Assembly: GCF_006345805.1 (NCBI RefSeq)
Contig: NC_043012.1
Location: forward strand, 35,464,001-35,528,000
Origin: Octopus sinensis
Taxonomy: Eukaryota
Length of the DNA stretch: 64,000 nucleotides
Direction: 5' to 3'
This document shows, piece after piece, positions 49,001 through 62,778 of this stretch. Under the pieces are notes generated by a model. It made no database searches and was not told the origin of the DNA. It worked only from the letters and a program-made list of their open reading frames with translations. Position numbers and translations under genes: made by a program. Numbering within the stretch: the first letter of the stretch is position 1; each line of letters opens with the position of its first letter.

Positions 49001-51007
49001 AACGTACAGTGATTCAGCAGCAACGATTCTCTCTGAAAGACCAAATAGTTTTTGAGGATTGGTGAGGTTGACGGTTGGTGAGAGGTAGGCCTGGCGGATC
49101 TTGTCCTGTAACAAAGAGAAGAACACGATTAATGGCAAACAGAGACTGGTAGAGGAGGGGTGGGTGGTGGTGGTTGCTAGTGGACATATAGTGTGGTGGG
49201 TGATGTGTGCCTTCTCAGTCAAAGATACCCTGCTGGACTGAGGAATCTAACAAGAGGACAGACTCTACTTTATAGGAATTGGTTTTAAAGAACTTACCGT
49301 TTTCTCGGGTGGCACCAATCCATTGCCAACTGACACAGAACCATCAGCAATTAAACTTTCACCAACTCTTTGTAACGTGATTTTCAGTCGGTTCTTCATT
49401 GTGACGTCATTGATTTCTGGCTGTAAGGTAGAGAGGAGGGGGGTGAGAGAGATATATATCAGTGAATAGGGAGGTGGTGGTGGTGGATTGAATGCCAAGT
49501 GTGGGGATGGTAGTCAGAATGGTAATTGTGATAGTGAAGGTAAATATGATAAGGTGTGTACTTACCCCATCAGAACTGAAGAAAATGTAGACCTAGAAAA
49601 AGAAAAGCAAAGGGTTAAATCAATGAAATCATCAGGGGCAATTGACATTCACAAGGAGAGGGTAATATGGGGGAGAAACATAATGGATGAAGGGGGCAAC
49701 ATAGTGGGGAAATGGTGGGAAAACACAACGGGGAAATGAGAGGGAGAATAAGAATAAAGGGTGAAACAGGGTGGGGAAATATGACTGGACAAACAAGACA
49801 GGGAGATTATGAAAATAGGGAAACACAAGGAGAGGGTCACATAACAGGAAGGTGCAGCACAACAAAAGGGCGCGACACATGACATCGAAGACACAGACAA
49901 GGTAGAGGGCATAATATTACGCAACAACATATTTGGTTTTTGTAGTTAGTGATGTAGTAGCTGTGGTATACAGAGTGCTGTATAGTAACAGAACAGGATG
50001 TAGTATGTGCTTGGTGTGTAGTAGTTGCACCTAATGCAACAGTAGTACATGGCATAGTAGCAATGCTTAGTATGTGATGCATAGTATTGGTGGTGGAGTT
50101 AGTACTTACCGAGTACATGTAGTAGTCAAACAGCTGAGACATGCAGCTGATCACATCAAAGGCAATCGGCTTCAAAATGTTCATCATTTTCATGTATCTC
50201 CCTTTAATTAAAATATAATTAAATTATTTTACTAACTTAATACAGAGATTAGACTAATGGCTAACCATAATAATATAATAAATACATTAGACTAACTTTA
50301 TATCATCATCATCATTTATTGTCCGCATTATATATATATATATATGTTAAAAAGTTTCCCAACCACATGGTTCTGGGTTCGGTCCCACTGTCTGGCACCT
50401 TGGGCAAGTATCTTCTACTATGGCCTTGGGCCAGCCAAAGCCTTGTGAGTGAATTTGGTAGATGGAAACTGAAAGAAGCCTGTTTTATATATATATATGT
50501 ATATATTCCATGCCGGTGGCACGTAAAAAGCACCTACCGATTGTGACCGTTGCCAGCCTCCTCTGGCCCCCGTGCTGGTGGCACATAAAAAGCACCCACT
50601 ACACTCGCAGAGTGGTTGGCGTTAGGAAGGGCATCCAGCTGTAGAAACACTGCCAGATCAGACTGGAGCCTGATGCAGCCTCCTGGCTTCCCAGACCCTG
50701 GTCAAACTGTCCAACTCATGCCAGCATAGAAAACGGACGTTAAATGATGATGTCGTTTGTGCCAAATGAGCTGCACAAATGATTTGTTTCTGGTGATCAA
50801 ATGTATGTGTTGTACATTAGTTCACTCTCTCCATCAAATGGACGATGTCCGAACAGGTGCCATGGTGTACCACCTGCCAGGTAAGGAAGTGATCACAGGG
50901 CAAAGTGAGGTGAAGTGTTTTGCCCCAGAACACAATGCACCACCCGGTCTAGGAAATGAATCAGGAGTACAACACCCTAACAACTAGGCTATGCACACTC
51001 GTATATA

Positions 51008-51050
<43 letters not shown>

Positions 51051-54000
51051 GTATAAAAGGTGGCGAGCTGGCAGAATTGTTAGCACGCCAGGGAAAATGT
51101 TTAGCGGTATTTCATCTGCCGCTATGTTCTGAGTTCAAATTCCACCGAGGTCGACTACCTTTCATCCTTTCAGGGTCGATTAAATAAGTACCAGTTACAC
51201 ACTGGGGTTGATGTTATCGACTTAATCCCTTTGTTTGTCCCCTCTATGTTTAGCTCCGTGGGCGATAAAGAAATATATATATATATATATTTATTAGCCT
51301 CTTAACTGCTATTATAAAGCCATATGGCCCTTCTTAAATACCCTCTCCACCACCACTTAATCAAGGGAGCCCTTGTCCTGTCCTGCAAGCCACTTGATGA
51401 CCTCACCAGTTTCAGAAGCACACAAAAAGTACTCAGTATACATTACAATGTGGTTTGCATTAGGAAGGGCATCGAAGGAAACCATGTCAAAGCCGACATT
51501 GGAGCTCAATGTGTTCCTGGAACTTGTGTGGGAAACAGACCTTAAATGGTGATGATAATTTGAACATGTATTAGTAACTTAGTGTACAGAGTGACTGTAA
51601 CCTTGTAATAACTATTATAAACTTGGTACATATATTTGTAACACAGCCCACAGGTTTGACTAACTACTGAAATATTACACATGCTATTGGCCATTCAATA
51701 TACTTATTAACTTAGTATACACATTACTGAATGACTTATATAACTGAGCAATTACTTACATAGGTGAAACACACAAATAATAAAAAGAGTCACTGGTATG
51801 AAGAGGACTTACCTATAACTCGGAGTATATTCAGAGAAGTGTTGGTAACAATGGCTACAGATTTCAATCCACTTCTGCTCCGTGCACGAGGTCGATGACT
51901 GGCGAAGGAGAAACACAAGGACAGCTTGTTAGTTGGGTTAAATACGGACATTTTCGATCTAATGGTCACACTAGTGTAACATCTTGTGAGCAAGAGGGGG
52001 GGGGGCTAAGGGCTCTGTTTACACATTTGCTGAGTTAACAATGCTATGTTGGCCCCTTAAATACAGCTAAGAACCAAATCGTTGCACCATTTTGATTAAA
52101 GGTAGGGGTGAAGGTGTTAGGGGCTCTTTCTGTACAAATGTGGATTTAATAATTCTCTATTGTCCCCTTTAAACACAGCTTAGGGTCACGGTGTACCATC
52201 TTGATAGGAAGAAATATTAGGGGTCAGTTACTAAGGGGTCTGATTTAACTAATCTATTTTGTTCCCTTAAACTAATGCACTATTTAAGCTGTAACAGTGT
52301 GAGGTGTCAGTAAGGGGCAGTGATGCTTGCCCCCTAATCACACAACACTGAGAAATGTGATGTGAGGTCATGTGACAATATACATACATACACTTTATGG
52401 ACACCCTATATATTTTGTCTAACCATATTATTTGTAATAAAAAAAAATAGCATGGTTAGACAAAAAAGATTTTCACAAAATATATGTAATAAAACAGGCA
52501 AATCAATTCTGTTTTTTACAGTTATGAGAAATGTTCAAATTGTAAGCCATTAGCTTCAGTGCATTCCCGACAGCACAAAAGCAGACTATGACAAACATCT
52601 GTAAGCAAGTCTGGATCAAGGTTAGCAAATGCATCAATAATGAATTAGCAAAGTTCTTCAATATTTCTTGGCTTCCTTGACTTACAAACTGTTTGCAAAA
52701 TTGAGACCTGTGATCAGGGCTAACCTCCAGAAGTCTGTGAATTAGGCACAGAATGTGAGGTTTCTTTTTCAGTTTGGTATTTACACAGTGATGTTCGTTT
52801 GATACCAATTTCTGAACCACCACAGCAAATTGATTTCTTTGGATGTCTTACAGATGCCTCAGCAACCGTATCCTAGAGTTGTTTTCAGCCTTACTGTATG
52901 GTAACTTTACAGACACCCTGTAACGACTAAGGAACGACTAAAATTATTTAAACTCACCACCACAACTACTGCCAATACAAATGACATCCCAGCCACCACA
53001 AATACAACTATTACCTATACAACACAGTACAACAACTTGTACCTCTTCCACCACCAGACTACTGAAACAATCTCACAACTACCACCACCACCACCACAGT
53101 CATACAAAAACTACCGCCAACGCAACCCTCACAACAGCAACACCCCCACCCATACCGCGACAGTTCCACTCACTTGTGTGACTGCATGTCGCCAGTGTGT
53201 TCATCGACAAATTCCTGCTTCAGTTCATCCGCAACATCAGAGTCACTGTCACTGCCAATGCTGCCGTCGAGATCATCTCGGTCCTGAAAAGATAGAGACA
53301 CACGGACAGACAGGTGAGTGGAATATGGTAGGGGAGAGAGAGAGAGAGATGAAACAAGCACGGAAAAGTGGATGTTAAATAAGTGATTGGCAAGTGATCT
53401 ATTATTGGTTTTGACAAAATGTATTTAGTTGTTTAATCAACAGAATCCCCAAATTGCTAGATTTACATGTAAATGGCTGAGTATTCCTAAGCATGAATTA
53501 ACAGTCATGAGGGCATTGGGTAGAATATCTTGTATTTTTTTTTTTCTGACTTTCTGTACACAGAGTTCAAATTCTGCCAAGGTAAACTTAGCTATTCTTC
53601 CCTTCAGGATAAATGAAAAAGAAGGCACCAACTGCAAGCAGTAAATTGACAGGGACCAGCAAGATACCTTGTGGTGTCTCTCCTGGTTCTTTGTGTTCTG
53701 GCAGTAATGTCTGCAATAACACTGGTTCTCATTGTGTCAACCCAAATCAGTGACCTTCCCCATGGATAAACATTGATGGTGTGGAGAGCAGGGAGAATCC
53801 CATACAATGGCCAGTCTTCCTGAAACAGTCTCCCTAACACTTGCAAAAATAAAACATGCTGATGTAGGACCAATGTTGAGAAATGGAGACCCTACATAAC
53901 TTTTGAAATGCACCATCTATGCTGAAAGTCTTCTTCTAAAGATCCTACTTGAGGTTCCACAACAACATAAGGGTAGCAGAGCACTCACCCGATTGATATT

Positions 54001-57000
54001 CAATCACTAACAGACGACCCACCCCAGCCTCCCACCCACAAGTGAGCTGTCTCCTCTATCTTTTCTATTGCTTCTATAATGACCCCTGTTCCTTCAAACA
54101 ATAAAGCTGACTGGTCTTAGACCTCTTCCACACAGGCACTGCCACCCCTGTCACTAATCCCTGTCCAGTCCTTTCCTCCCCAGTAGATCATCCCACTGGA
54201 ATGTTCTTTCTGCTCATGTCTTTCCTGCATATGTCGACCAGTAAGTTTAAACAGTACCTCAACAGCATCCACCTCCCTTGGTCTTGAAGGAGCTGCTAGG
54301 GTCATGGCACTGCTCCTACCCTCAGACTCAGCAAATAATAAAAAGAAAATGATGGGAAGAACATCAAGGAATGGTAGACTCAGACGACCATGTGGGAGAG
54401 TGGGTTATAGGAGTGATGGTGTAGTGTTGATGGTGATGGTGTGGTGTAAGTGGTAATGATGACGACGGTGGTGGTGGTGGTGGTATTGGTGATGGTGTAA
54501 GTGGTAATGATGATGATGATGGTGGTGGTGAGTGTAAGCAGGAACTCTCACTGACCAGTGTTCGAGCAAAGACATCTTCTTGTTCATCCTCTTCAAGCTG
54601 AAGATCAAATGGGTTTCGTTTTTCTTCTAAATTGCTGAAGTAACCACCTACTTCTTCCTTCGTGTCAAACTGATTGCCGCTACACATCGAGGAATTGCTG
54701 GAAGTGTTTAAATTCCAGTTCTGCATAAATCGGAATTCCTGTAAGAACCAAAACAAATGAAGCCTATAGCATAATTTCCTGAAAGTCCAAGACATGTAAA
54801 TTGGAGAAAATGGTACAATTTACTGAAATTCTAAGACAGGGAATAAAATTTTAAATCTTAAATCGGGTTTCAAAAAGAGAATGAATTTACAAGGTTTTTA
54901 AATTATAGACAGAGATTATTTACTACATGAGGTTAAAAAGACGTGGGTTAACATGGAAGAAATGTAAGCTAACAAGGAGAGTATTTGTGGTCAACAGATG
55001 GAACCGAATCCACAAGGAGTCCCTGAAACCAACAGGAGTAGGTGAGATCAAGAAGGGTCTCTATAGAGAAAGAACTTGCTGCTGCTTATTGAAATGCCTC
55101 GGTTTAAAAGGGTAGGGAATGCAGGTACAGGGTGGGTTGTGATGTGGGTGCATACAGGATAAAAAGAACTTATATATGTCATGCTGGTTTCACTGAAGTT
55201 AAAGTTAGCGGAGATTTAAGATGGAATTAATTAAGATAATGAGTAAGGATTAGCAAAGATTTGAGTGAAGGCTTGAGTTGAGATTAATGAAGAACTTGAG
55301 TAGGGATCAGTGAAACCTTGATAACTGACTGACATAAGTGTAATTAAGCAGTGAGTGTTGAGGAGACGAGGAAGTTGGTCAGTGAATACATTAAACACAC
55401 TCTTTCTCCTTCTTTCTTTCCCTCTCTCTCTCTCTCTCCAATGAAGAGCTTTTATTGAAGAATCACAATTGACTGACATTTCTCTCTCAACATCAACATA
55501 TCCAATGTTTACAAACTTTTCAACCTGCTTCATTGCAGATAGAGGACTACTGCTAACACTTCCTCAAACTCCATTATCTATTTCATTAAAAACCCTAACA
55601 AAACAAATAATAAATGCTTTAAAACCATTTATTTACACTGAAAACAAAAGAGAGAAGATTAAGGTTCAAGAGTCCTATAACATTTTTTTTTAGCTTTTAA
55701 TTGTATTCTTCATCATCATCATCGTTTAACGTCCGTTTTCCATGCTAGCATGGGTTGGACGATTTTGACTGAGGGCTGGCAACCAGATGGCTGCACCAGG
55801 CTCCAATCTTGATTTGGCAGAGTTTCTACAGCTGGATGCCCTTCCTAATGCCAACCACTCCGAGAAAGTAGTGGGCGCTTTTTACGTGCCACCAGCACGG
55901 GGCCAGTCAGGCGGTACTGGCAACGACCTCACTCGAATCTTCATGATTCCTTTTATTTTGGTGGGGATGTCTTATGGCTGGAGACCAACCCAGATGCCCA
56001 CCCCTTAAGCCTTTTAATTATCTCTTACAGCACACGAGGGTATGGTGTCCTTAATTCTATAATCAGGATGCAAACAGCAATTATTAAATATTCTTATCTA
56101 TTGATTAATTAGTAAAACAAAAATACAGTAATTAGCTCAATCATCAAAGATGGAACTGCTCATAATTTCTGAGAAAGAACAATAACGAGATTCTTACCAA
56201 AAGCTGAAGTAGGTTGAAGTTGGATCGCACCGGACATAACTCCCAGCCTTCGTTCTCCAGGAACATCCGTAGCTCATCCATTCTGGATCTACAAAACAAG
56301 AATTATCATCAAGACAATGATGATGATGATGAAACCAACACAATGTTTAGACAAACATTAATACACGAAAGTTTCAATGTCTAGCAGCTGACCATGAGAT
56401 TATCCACCGGCCTTCCAGCAACAAATTTGGCCACTGTCTTTACTTTTCGTCCTTTCGGGATCGATAAATTAAGTACCAGTTGTGTACTGGGATCAATCTA
56501 ATCAACTGACCCCATCCCCCAGAATCTCAGGCCTTGTGCCTAGAGCAGAAAAGAATACTCGAGGCTATTTGTCATCTAGTTTGTGAGGTTCAGCTTCTGG
56601 AGATCCCCCTTCACCAATTCTTTCACATCCTCAGGCTCCTCTTTCCACCTGGATAGCATGACCCATCTTTCTGAGCCGATCAGATTTCAAACCTGGGGAT
56701 CAAACCTAGGCATTAAACTAACATTAGGCCATACATGAGTCTGTTGGATCAGGATGGTGGACTCAGGGCTACACAACAACAACAGTGACAATAACAAGAA
56801 CACAGGAAACAACGAGAAGCTGGTGATTTCAACCTGACGCAGAGTAAGACAATATTAACGAACCTGTGATGGTTGCGGAAATAATTAAGACTTTGTTGTC
56901 GAAGGACATCTTGCAGACTCTCAGACTTGCTGCCACAAAACTCTTCACCAATTTCTATTAATCTGAAATAATTAAAATATTGAAGTTTTATACAATGGCA

Positions 57001-58411
57001 ACAAGGCAGACACTACATACCTGTCAGGTAAGAGGTGAGACACACTTGTCACCTGACCTACACTTGCACACCTGTCACAGAGTGACACTAAACATAAGTC
57101 AGGTGACTTTTACTCTGCACACAGAAGACACTAAACACAAATTCCATGCAATTACTTACCTGTTAACGAGATCCAATACCAGAATGAATTCCTCGAATTT
57201 AAAGAAAGACAAATCAGTTCCCAGGATGAAGGTCTTCACCTTCTGTTGAACATCCTGCCAGATACGCAACATGCCATGCTGGAGCTTCTGCTGAACATAA
57301 CGTTGGTTGAATGATAGTTCCTCGTTGTTGGACGGTGGCTCTGAGAGGAATAGACATACAATAAAGAAAGGGGTGGTCAGAGTTAGGTAGGGAGGGAGAT
57401 GCACACATGTAGGGATGGAGAGAGAGAGAGAGAGAGTGTGTGTGTGCGTGATAGATGGTTGAGTGGATTGATGGGTAGACATACAGACAGACTGCCAACT
57501 AAGTAGACATGTGGTACTGGACATGGGTAGTTAGAGAAGTAGATATATGGTAGTGGGGGGGTTACATTATTTATTGAAATATCGAATGGTAACTGAAGTG
57601 AGGGTTTGAGGAAGGGGTTAGGGTGTTAAGGGGACAGGAAGAGATTCAGCAATAAAGACTCAACAGATTTCAACCAATTACGACCAATGGGCAGGAAGGG
57701 AGAATATCGTGGGGAGGTGAGGGTAATAGCAAGACTATCGCAATTAGCATCATTGTGAAACCCCCTTTCCACCCCCTTACAAAAAAACAGGGGAATCTAA
57801 ACCAAAGAAGGAGCCACTATGTGATCAGTTGACTTGCTACACATAGCAGTCAAATCACCCTCAATTCACATCCTATGGTTTTAAAAAATGAAGGACATAT
57901 AGGATAATTTGATGAAATGATACAAAAGTAAAATGTCTTTGATCATAGGTCTACTGGATCAAAGTTGACCTGGGGTTAAACGATAGCATCATAGAATGAG
58001 CTGCTATATAGCTGGAAATAGCAAGCAAATGATCAGTTTCTTAAAAACAGAAGGTCACAGAGAATAATGTAGTTCTAGACAAACAATATACGTGAATATA
58101 ACAAAGGATGGTCACAGTTGGCATAGTGTGGATCATAGGTTTGCTGGATCAGGACTTACCTTGGGCTAAACCACAAAAATAAAAAAGAGGGGGAGAGTAC
58201 AACAAATGTCTGTAAGTCAAACAAAAGGGTGGAGGGGCTGGGGAGAGGGGGTTATACAAAACACCAATGGGGGGCGGCACTTACCGGTGTCTGGTGTGTC
58301 GGCATTGTGTTGTTTGTGCCACAACATTGTCTTGTAGTGGCACTTCATCACTTCCCATAATGCTTTGCAGAGGTCAGTGAGGCACGGAGTAAAACTCTCC
58401 ACGGTGATGTG
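39888..58411 (-). CDS. VPS50: VPS50/syndetin (EARP complex subunit, CCDC132), 5'-partial, 17 coding exons
   Basis: Exon phases all match and give 1899 nt ending in TGA at 39888-39890. Peptides match VPS50 as recalled: [95 protein letters not shown]. Confidence 0.97.
41008..41098 (-). CDS. VPS50: VPS50 exon
   Basis: ttccag|A ... AAG|gtgagt; [30 protein letters not shown]. Confidence 0.96.
41727..42916 (+). pseudogene. Tc1 transposase pseudogene (DD34E)
   Basis: ATG 41727 ([21 protein letters not shown]), interrupted by a MITE at 41791-41999 and a +1 frameshift in an A7 run near 42038. Motifs [19 protein letters not shown] and FMQDNAPCH-(34 aa spacing)-SPDLNPIE; internal stops; ends KGLHTKY*. 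Confidence 0.93.
41791..41999. mobile_element. piggyBac-type MITE nested in the Tc1 transposase ORF
   Basis: TTAA at 41787-90 and 42000-03; terminal inverted repeats CCCTTTAGT...ACTAAAGGG. Removing it plus one TTAA restores the frame ([14 protein letters not shown]). Confidence 0.9.
43199..44070 (+). pseudogene. mariner-family transposon relic (5' part, 3'-truncated)
   Basis: Degraded frames give [14 protein letters not shown]...NINAVYG...[16 protein letters not shown] and [19 protein letters not shown], which are mariner motifs. Starts right after the (TA)n tract next to the Tc1 right end. The catalytic C-terminal part is missing. Confidence 0.88.
44483..44581 (-). CDS. VPS50: VPS50 exon
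   Basis: ttgcag|C ... ATCAG|gtaaaa; [28 protein letters not shown]. Confidence 0.96.
45059..45180 (-). CDS. VPS50: VPS50 exon
   Basis: ttgcag|AGT ... GAGGG|gtaagt; [14 protein letters not shown]...[16 protein letters not shown]. Confidence 0.95.
46868..47026 (-). CDS. VPS50: VPS50 exon
   Basis: ttgcag|ACT ... GAA|gtaaga; ASELRKPIY...[21 protein letters not shown]. Confidence 0.96.
48462..48558 (-). CDS. VPS50: VPS50 exon
   Basis: tgacag|T ... CAA|gtaaaa; [32 protein letters not shown]. Confidence 0.96.
49008..49105 (-). CDS. VPS50: VPS50 exon
   Basis: ttacag|GAC ... TCACT|gtacgt; [14 protein letters not shown]. Confidence 0.93.
49298..49420 (-). CDS. VPS50: VPS50 exon
   Basis: ttacag|CCA ... 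ACG|gtaagt; [15 protein letters not shown]. Confidence 0.92.
49566..49592 (-). CDS. VPS50: VPS50 27-nt microexon
   Basis: ttctag|GTC TAC ATT TTC TTC AGT TCT GAT GGG|gtaagt; VYIFFSSDG (human recalled as IYTFFG). Confidence 0.85.
50110..50201 (-). CDS. VPS50: VPS50 exon
   Basis: ttaaag|GG ... TCG|gtaagt; [30 protein letters not shown]. Confidence 0.95.
51813..51898 (-). CDS. VPS50: VPS50 exon
   Basis: cgccag|T ... ATAG|gtaagt; [15 protein letters not shown]. Confidence 0.92.
53174..53283 (-). CDS. VPS50: VPS50 exon
   Basis: tttcag|GAC ... CACAA|gtgagt; [22 protein letters not shown]. Confidence 0.93.
54556..54738 (-). CDS. VPS50: VPS50 exon
   Basis: ttacag|GAA ... CTG|gtcagt; EFRFMQ...[16 protein letters not shown]. 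Confidence 0.9.
56198..56288 (-). CDS. VPS50: VPS50 exon
   Basis: ttgtag|A ... TTG|gtaaga; [30 protein letters not shown]. Confidence 0.96.
56864..56962 (-). CDS. VPS50: VPS50 exon
   Basis: tttcag|A ... CACAG|gttcgt; [32 protein letters not shown]. Confidence 0.95.
57160..57340 (-). CDS. VPS50: VPS50 exon
   Basis: ctcag|AG ... AACAG|gtaagt; [46 protein letters not shown]. Confidence 0.96.
58285..58411 (-). CDS. VPS50: VPS50 exon (most 5' exon found in the window)
   Basis: cag|CAC ... ACCG|gtaagt; [32 protein letters not shown]. Confidence 0.94.
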
Positions 58412-60435
58412 CTGGGCAGAAGAGGAAGAGGCAGAAGATGAGACACAAACATAAAGAGACTGCACAGTAATGAAAGCAGTTTGGTCAAACGAACGTATTG
58501 ATTAGAATCTAACGAGATTAAAGGGACCGGAGCACAAGACTGTAGATGATGGGCAGTGGAGTGGCACAGAAGGAGAGGGAGCCATATGTTGTTGTGTGGT
58601 TGCCTCAATGGAAGGTCAACATTCATTGCTAGGGTAGCTTCAACTGGGCTCGGCCTGTGATTTGAAACTTTGAAGGGAAACCTTGGCCAGATTTCCATTC
58701 ATACTCCACCCTCACTCTCTGCCAATCCACCCTTTTATTGACTCTCACACTTATAACTGCTACTACACTCTCTACTGACTTCCACACACACCCTATTGAG
58801 TGCTTCACACACCCTTCTAACAACCACGTCATAGCTATGTTACCCTGCATCGCAGTGTCACCCCCACAATCGTCCTTGTCATCTCCACCCCCTTTTCAAC
58901 CCCACTTCCTTCATTCCGCCATCCGTGACCTGGCTCTGTCTGCTCTCCAATGCCATTCCTCTGAGCCCTGTATTGTATTATCTGTGAGAAACCTGCAACA
59001 TCCCAAAACCGGATCTGACCAGTTCTTTCTTCCTTTCTTTCTTTCTTCTGGCCTTGGTCCCTTCCACGCAACAACTTCTCACATCCAGCAGGTGAACCTT
59101 TCTACCAATGAACCAATGAGGGAAACCTTTACATGCTCCACCTGCTAGAAATAGCAGTCAAATCTGTCATGAATCGTACTCATCCATCTTAACAGAAGGA
59201 TACATAAAGTAATGTAGTCCTAGAAACATTATGCTTGAATACAGAACAGGATGGCCACGACTGGAATGTCACTTTGAACAGATGTGAACCTGGTACTAAA
59301 CAAGAGCAACTAAGATGTCAGACACCCAAGTTATGCAAACTTACAGAAAGTGATCCCCATGACATGGTAAGTAGGCAAGGGAGATAACTTTAGACAGCAA
59401 AAACAAATCCCTGGATCGACATCCATTGCATAACAACATCACATGCACAACAACAACAATAAATCCATACAACACCATCACTACATGCAATATGAAGGGT
59501 CAACTTAATCTACCACCTGGTCCTTGAGCACCTTTACAGGTAGGCTTAATCAATCACCCAGCTTCACCACCATCACCTGTTCCTTGGGTACATTTAGTGA
59601 AGTTCGTTACGTTAAGCATTTGGATCAGGCCCCTGATCCTTGGATACCTTCGCCCCAGGTTTGCAGCAGATTTTATGAGAACCCAATAATAAGTGGACCT
59701 ACCTTCAAAAGATCTCTAATCAAATGGGAACTTGGCAACATAAAACCATTCTAACCATATTTCAGACAACTGTTCTTGAGGCTGGCAAACACAGAAAGAC
59801 ATCTTCACACCCATACACATCCTCAAACATCCACACACGCACGCACAAAAGTACACTGGATTTAGCATTGCCAGTTAATCCAGCATGGTTTATTGGTGTA
59901 GGATCTCTTACTGTTGTTTTATTGGATCTATACATGTTCGATTTAACGAGAGGTCAGCCTAGAATGAACACACAGATATATATGGTATATATATCTGTCA
60001 TTAGTCTAATTGTTGTTGTTGTTGCCACTATTGTATCCCTGAACGTACGGATATTCAGCTGTACGACTGTGTCTTTGTTTCGGATGTAGTAGGACTCTGT
60101 TGGACAAATCCAGAATGATTACACACTGGATGCAGTAAAGTTCTGTTGTTGCAACACTGGACATAGTTTACACACACATCCTCACATATATCCTCATATA
60201 TACACATAGAGGTAAGTACTAGCAAGAACTAGAAACATGCACAATATGTCTAAAACAGCCCAAATATGTGTATGAACATGGCCATGCAGCAGCTAACTGC
60301 ATAAACTGGTGCAGAGAACAAAAAATAAAATGGTTAATTAAATTAGTTAATAAAACAAACATTAAATAAAATCTTTCAAGACTGTATTATAAAGGAAGAG
60401 TCATGGAACAATGAAGCTAAGTGATGATGATGATG

Positions 60436-60467
<32 letters not shown>

Positions 60468-62047
60468 GGCTGGCAGAATCATTAGCATGCCAGGCCAAGG
60501 GCTCTGCAGCTTTTCGACTAGCTTTACATTCTGTGATCAAACTCTGCCAAAGTGGACTTATTTTACCTTTCATCCGTTCATAAGTACCAGTTGCACACTG
60601 GGGGTCGATGCGACCATTATTACCCTCTCCCCTGAAATTGCTGGGTTTGGGCCAAAATTTGAAACCGTTGTTGTTGTTAATGTGGTCAGCTGGCAGAATT
60701 GCTCCTGCACTGGACAAAATGCTGAGCAGCATTCCTTCTGCTTTAACATTCTGAGTTCAAAATCGGTCAAGGTCGATTTTGTCTTTCATCTTTTCAGGAT
60801 CAGTGATATAAGCACTAGACAGGTACTCGGGTCCACGTAATTGACTAGTCCCCTCACCCAAAATTTAGGAGTTTGTGCCTATAGGAGAAAGGAGTATTAT
60901 TATTATCATTAATAATAATAATATTAAGTTAGAGAGTTGCTAGATTTGTTGGTAAGTTGGACAAAATAGTGAGAGGGATGTCCTCTCTCCACACACACAC
61001 ACAGCTTGTCTTGGATATTTTAACCTGGCAGAGATCATCCCTCCTCTTCAGGTCTGTCCACACCTTCTTTCTATCCATGGGAAAGAGAGAAATGAGCCTA
61101 GTTTATGACAGGTACTTTGAATGGAAATAGTAGTTAAGACACCTGTGCCGGTGACACGTTAAAAGAAAAGCACCATCCGAACGTGGCAGATGCCAGCGCC
61201 ACCTAACTGGCGTCCGTGTCGGTGACATGTAAAAGCACCAACCGATTGTGGCCGTTTGCCAGTCTCCTCTGGTCCCTGTGCCGGTGGCACATAAAAAGCA
61301 CCCACTACACTCACAGAGTGGTTGGTGTTAGGAAGATCAGACTGGTGCCTGGTGCAGCCTCCTGGCTTCCCAGACCCCGACCGAACCGTCCAACCCACGC
61401 TAGCATGGAAAACCGACGTTAAACAATGATGATGATGATGATGATGACGACCACGAATGTGTGTGTGTGTGCTTCTATTGATATAGGAGAGGAACGAAAA
61501 CCAGTGCATTGGAAACGAAATACCGTCGAGTCCTTCATAACTAATCGAGTTATCTCCCCTCATATCAACACCCAATTAACATTTTTGTGTCTCACCAGAA
61601 TTGATCCACAGATAATCCTTAATCTAAGCTGCTTGACATGTTCATTCCTACATCCCACACCAATGCTTAATAATATTAACAAGTTGGCAGCTGATCAGAA
61701 AACACTTGTCCCAACAATTCATATGCCAACGAGCTAAAGAATGTGTGCAAACAAGGTCACACGATCTGTTAGAAATAGCAGCTGAATCTCCCTGTAAATT
61801 ACATGCTCCATCTTAAAAACTGGATAAATTGGTTATAATGTAGTGCTAGATATATTTTGTCTGGAAAAATAAAAATGTTATAGTTACAGAAATAATACTT
61901 TATAGGTCTGCTGGATTGGATGACAACAACAAGGTGTGATATGCAAATTTTTAAAAAATACAACAAACAAAAACCGATTCATTAAAAAAACTAACAAAGA
62001 CTATAAAAGACTGGTGTATAAGCTTTCACTTTCTCTCTATGTACATC

Positions 62048-62778
62048 TGTGTGTGTGTGTGTGTGTGTGTGTTCACGATAGATAGTACTAAACAATGTGA
62101 GTATTCAACACCTTTTTTGGTGATAAATATTCTTCTCCAAAATGGCTACCAACATTTTTAAGCAGATTGCTTGGAAATTGTGGAAAATCCTTCAAAATGA
62201 AACCATCACTAATATTGTGTGTGTGTGTATGTATGTATATATATATATATATATATACCTGTCTCTATATCTATATAGCTAACTATATAATATATATATA
62301 TATACCTGTCTCCTGTCTCTGGGGTCTTAAACCCAAACTACAAAGAAAAGACAAACTAGCTTTTCTTGTAGTTATCATTCATTTTCAGAACTAAACAATG
62401 TGTAGGGGTGTGTGTGTGTGTGTGTGTGTGTTCACGATAGATAGTACTAAACAATGTGAGTATTCAACACCTTTTTTGGTGATAAATATTCTTCTCCAAA
62501 ATGGCTACCAACATTTTTAAGCAGATTGCTTGGAAATTGTGGAAATTCCTTCAAAATGAAACCATCACTAATATTGTGTGTGTGTGTGTATGTATATATA
62601 TATATATATACCTGTCTCTATATCTATATAGCTAACTATATAATATATATATATATACCTGTCTCCTGTCTCTGGGGTCTTAAACCCAAACTACAAAGAA
62701 AAGACAAACTAGCTTTTCTTGTAGTTATCATTCATTTTCAGAACTAAACAATGTGTAGGGGTGTGTGTGTGTGTGTGT
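62048..62778. repeat. Tandem duplication of a unit of about 355-359 bp (2 copies)
   Basis: Both copies read GTTCACGATAGATAGTACTAAAC...CTAAACAATGTGTAGGGG. They differ in microsatellite length and one substitution (aaaatcc/aaattcc). ORFs at 62167 and 62526 are offset by 359. Confidence 0.95.

Noticed and set aside
53604-54305. Two moderately complex minus-strand ORFs (89 aa and 62 aa) in a VPS50 intron
   Set aside because: No recognisable motif and not needed for the VPS50 frame. A tblastx search against other molluscs would be needed to revive them.
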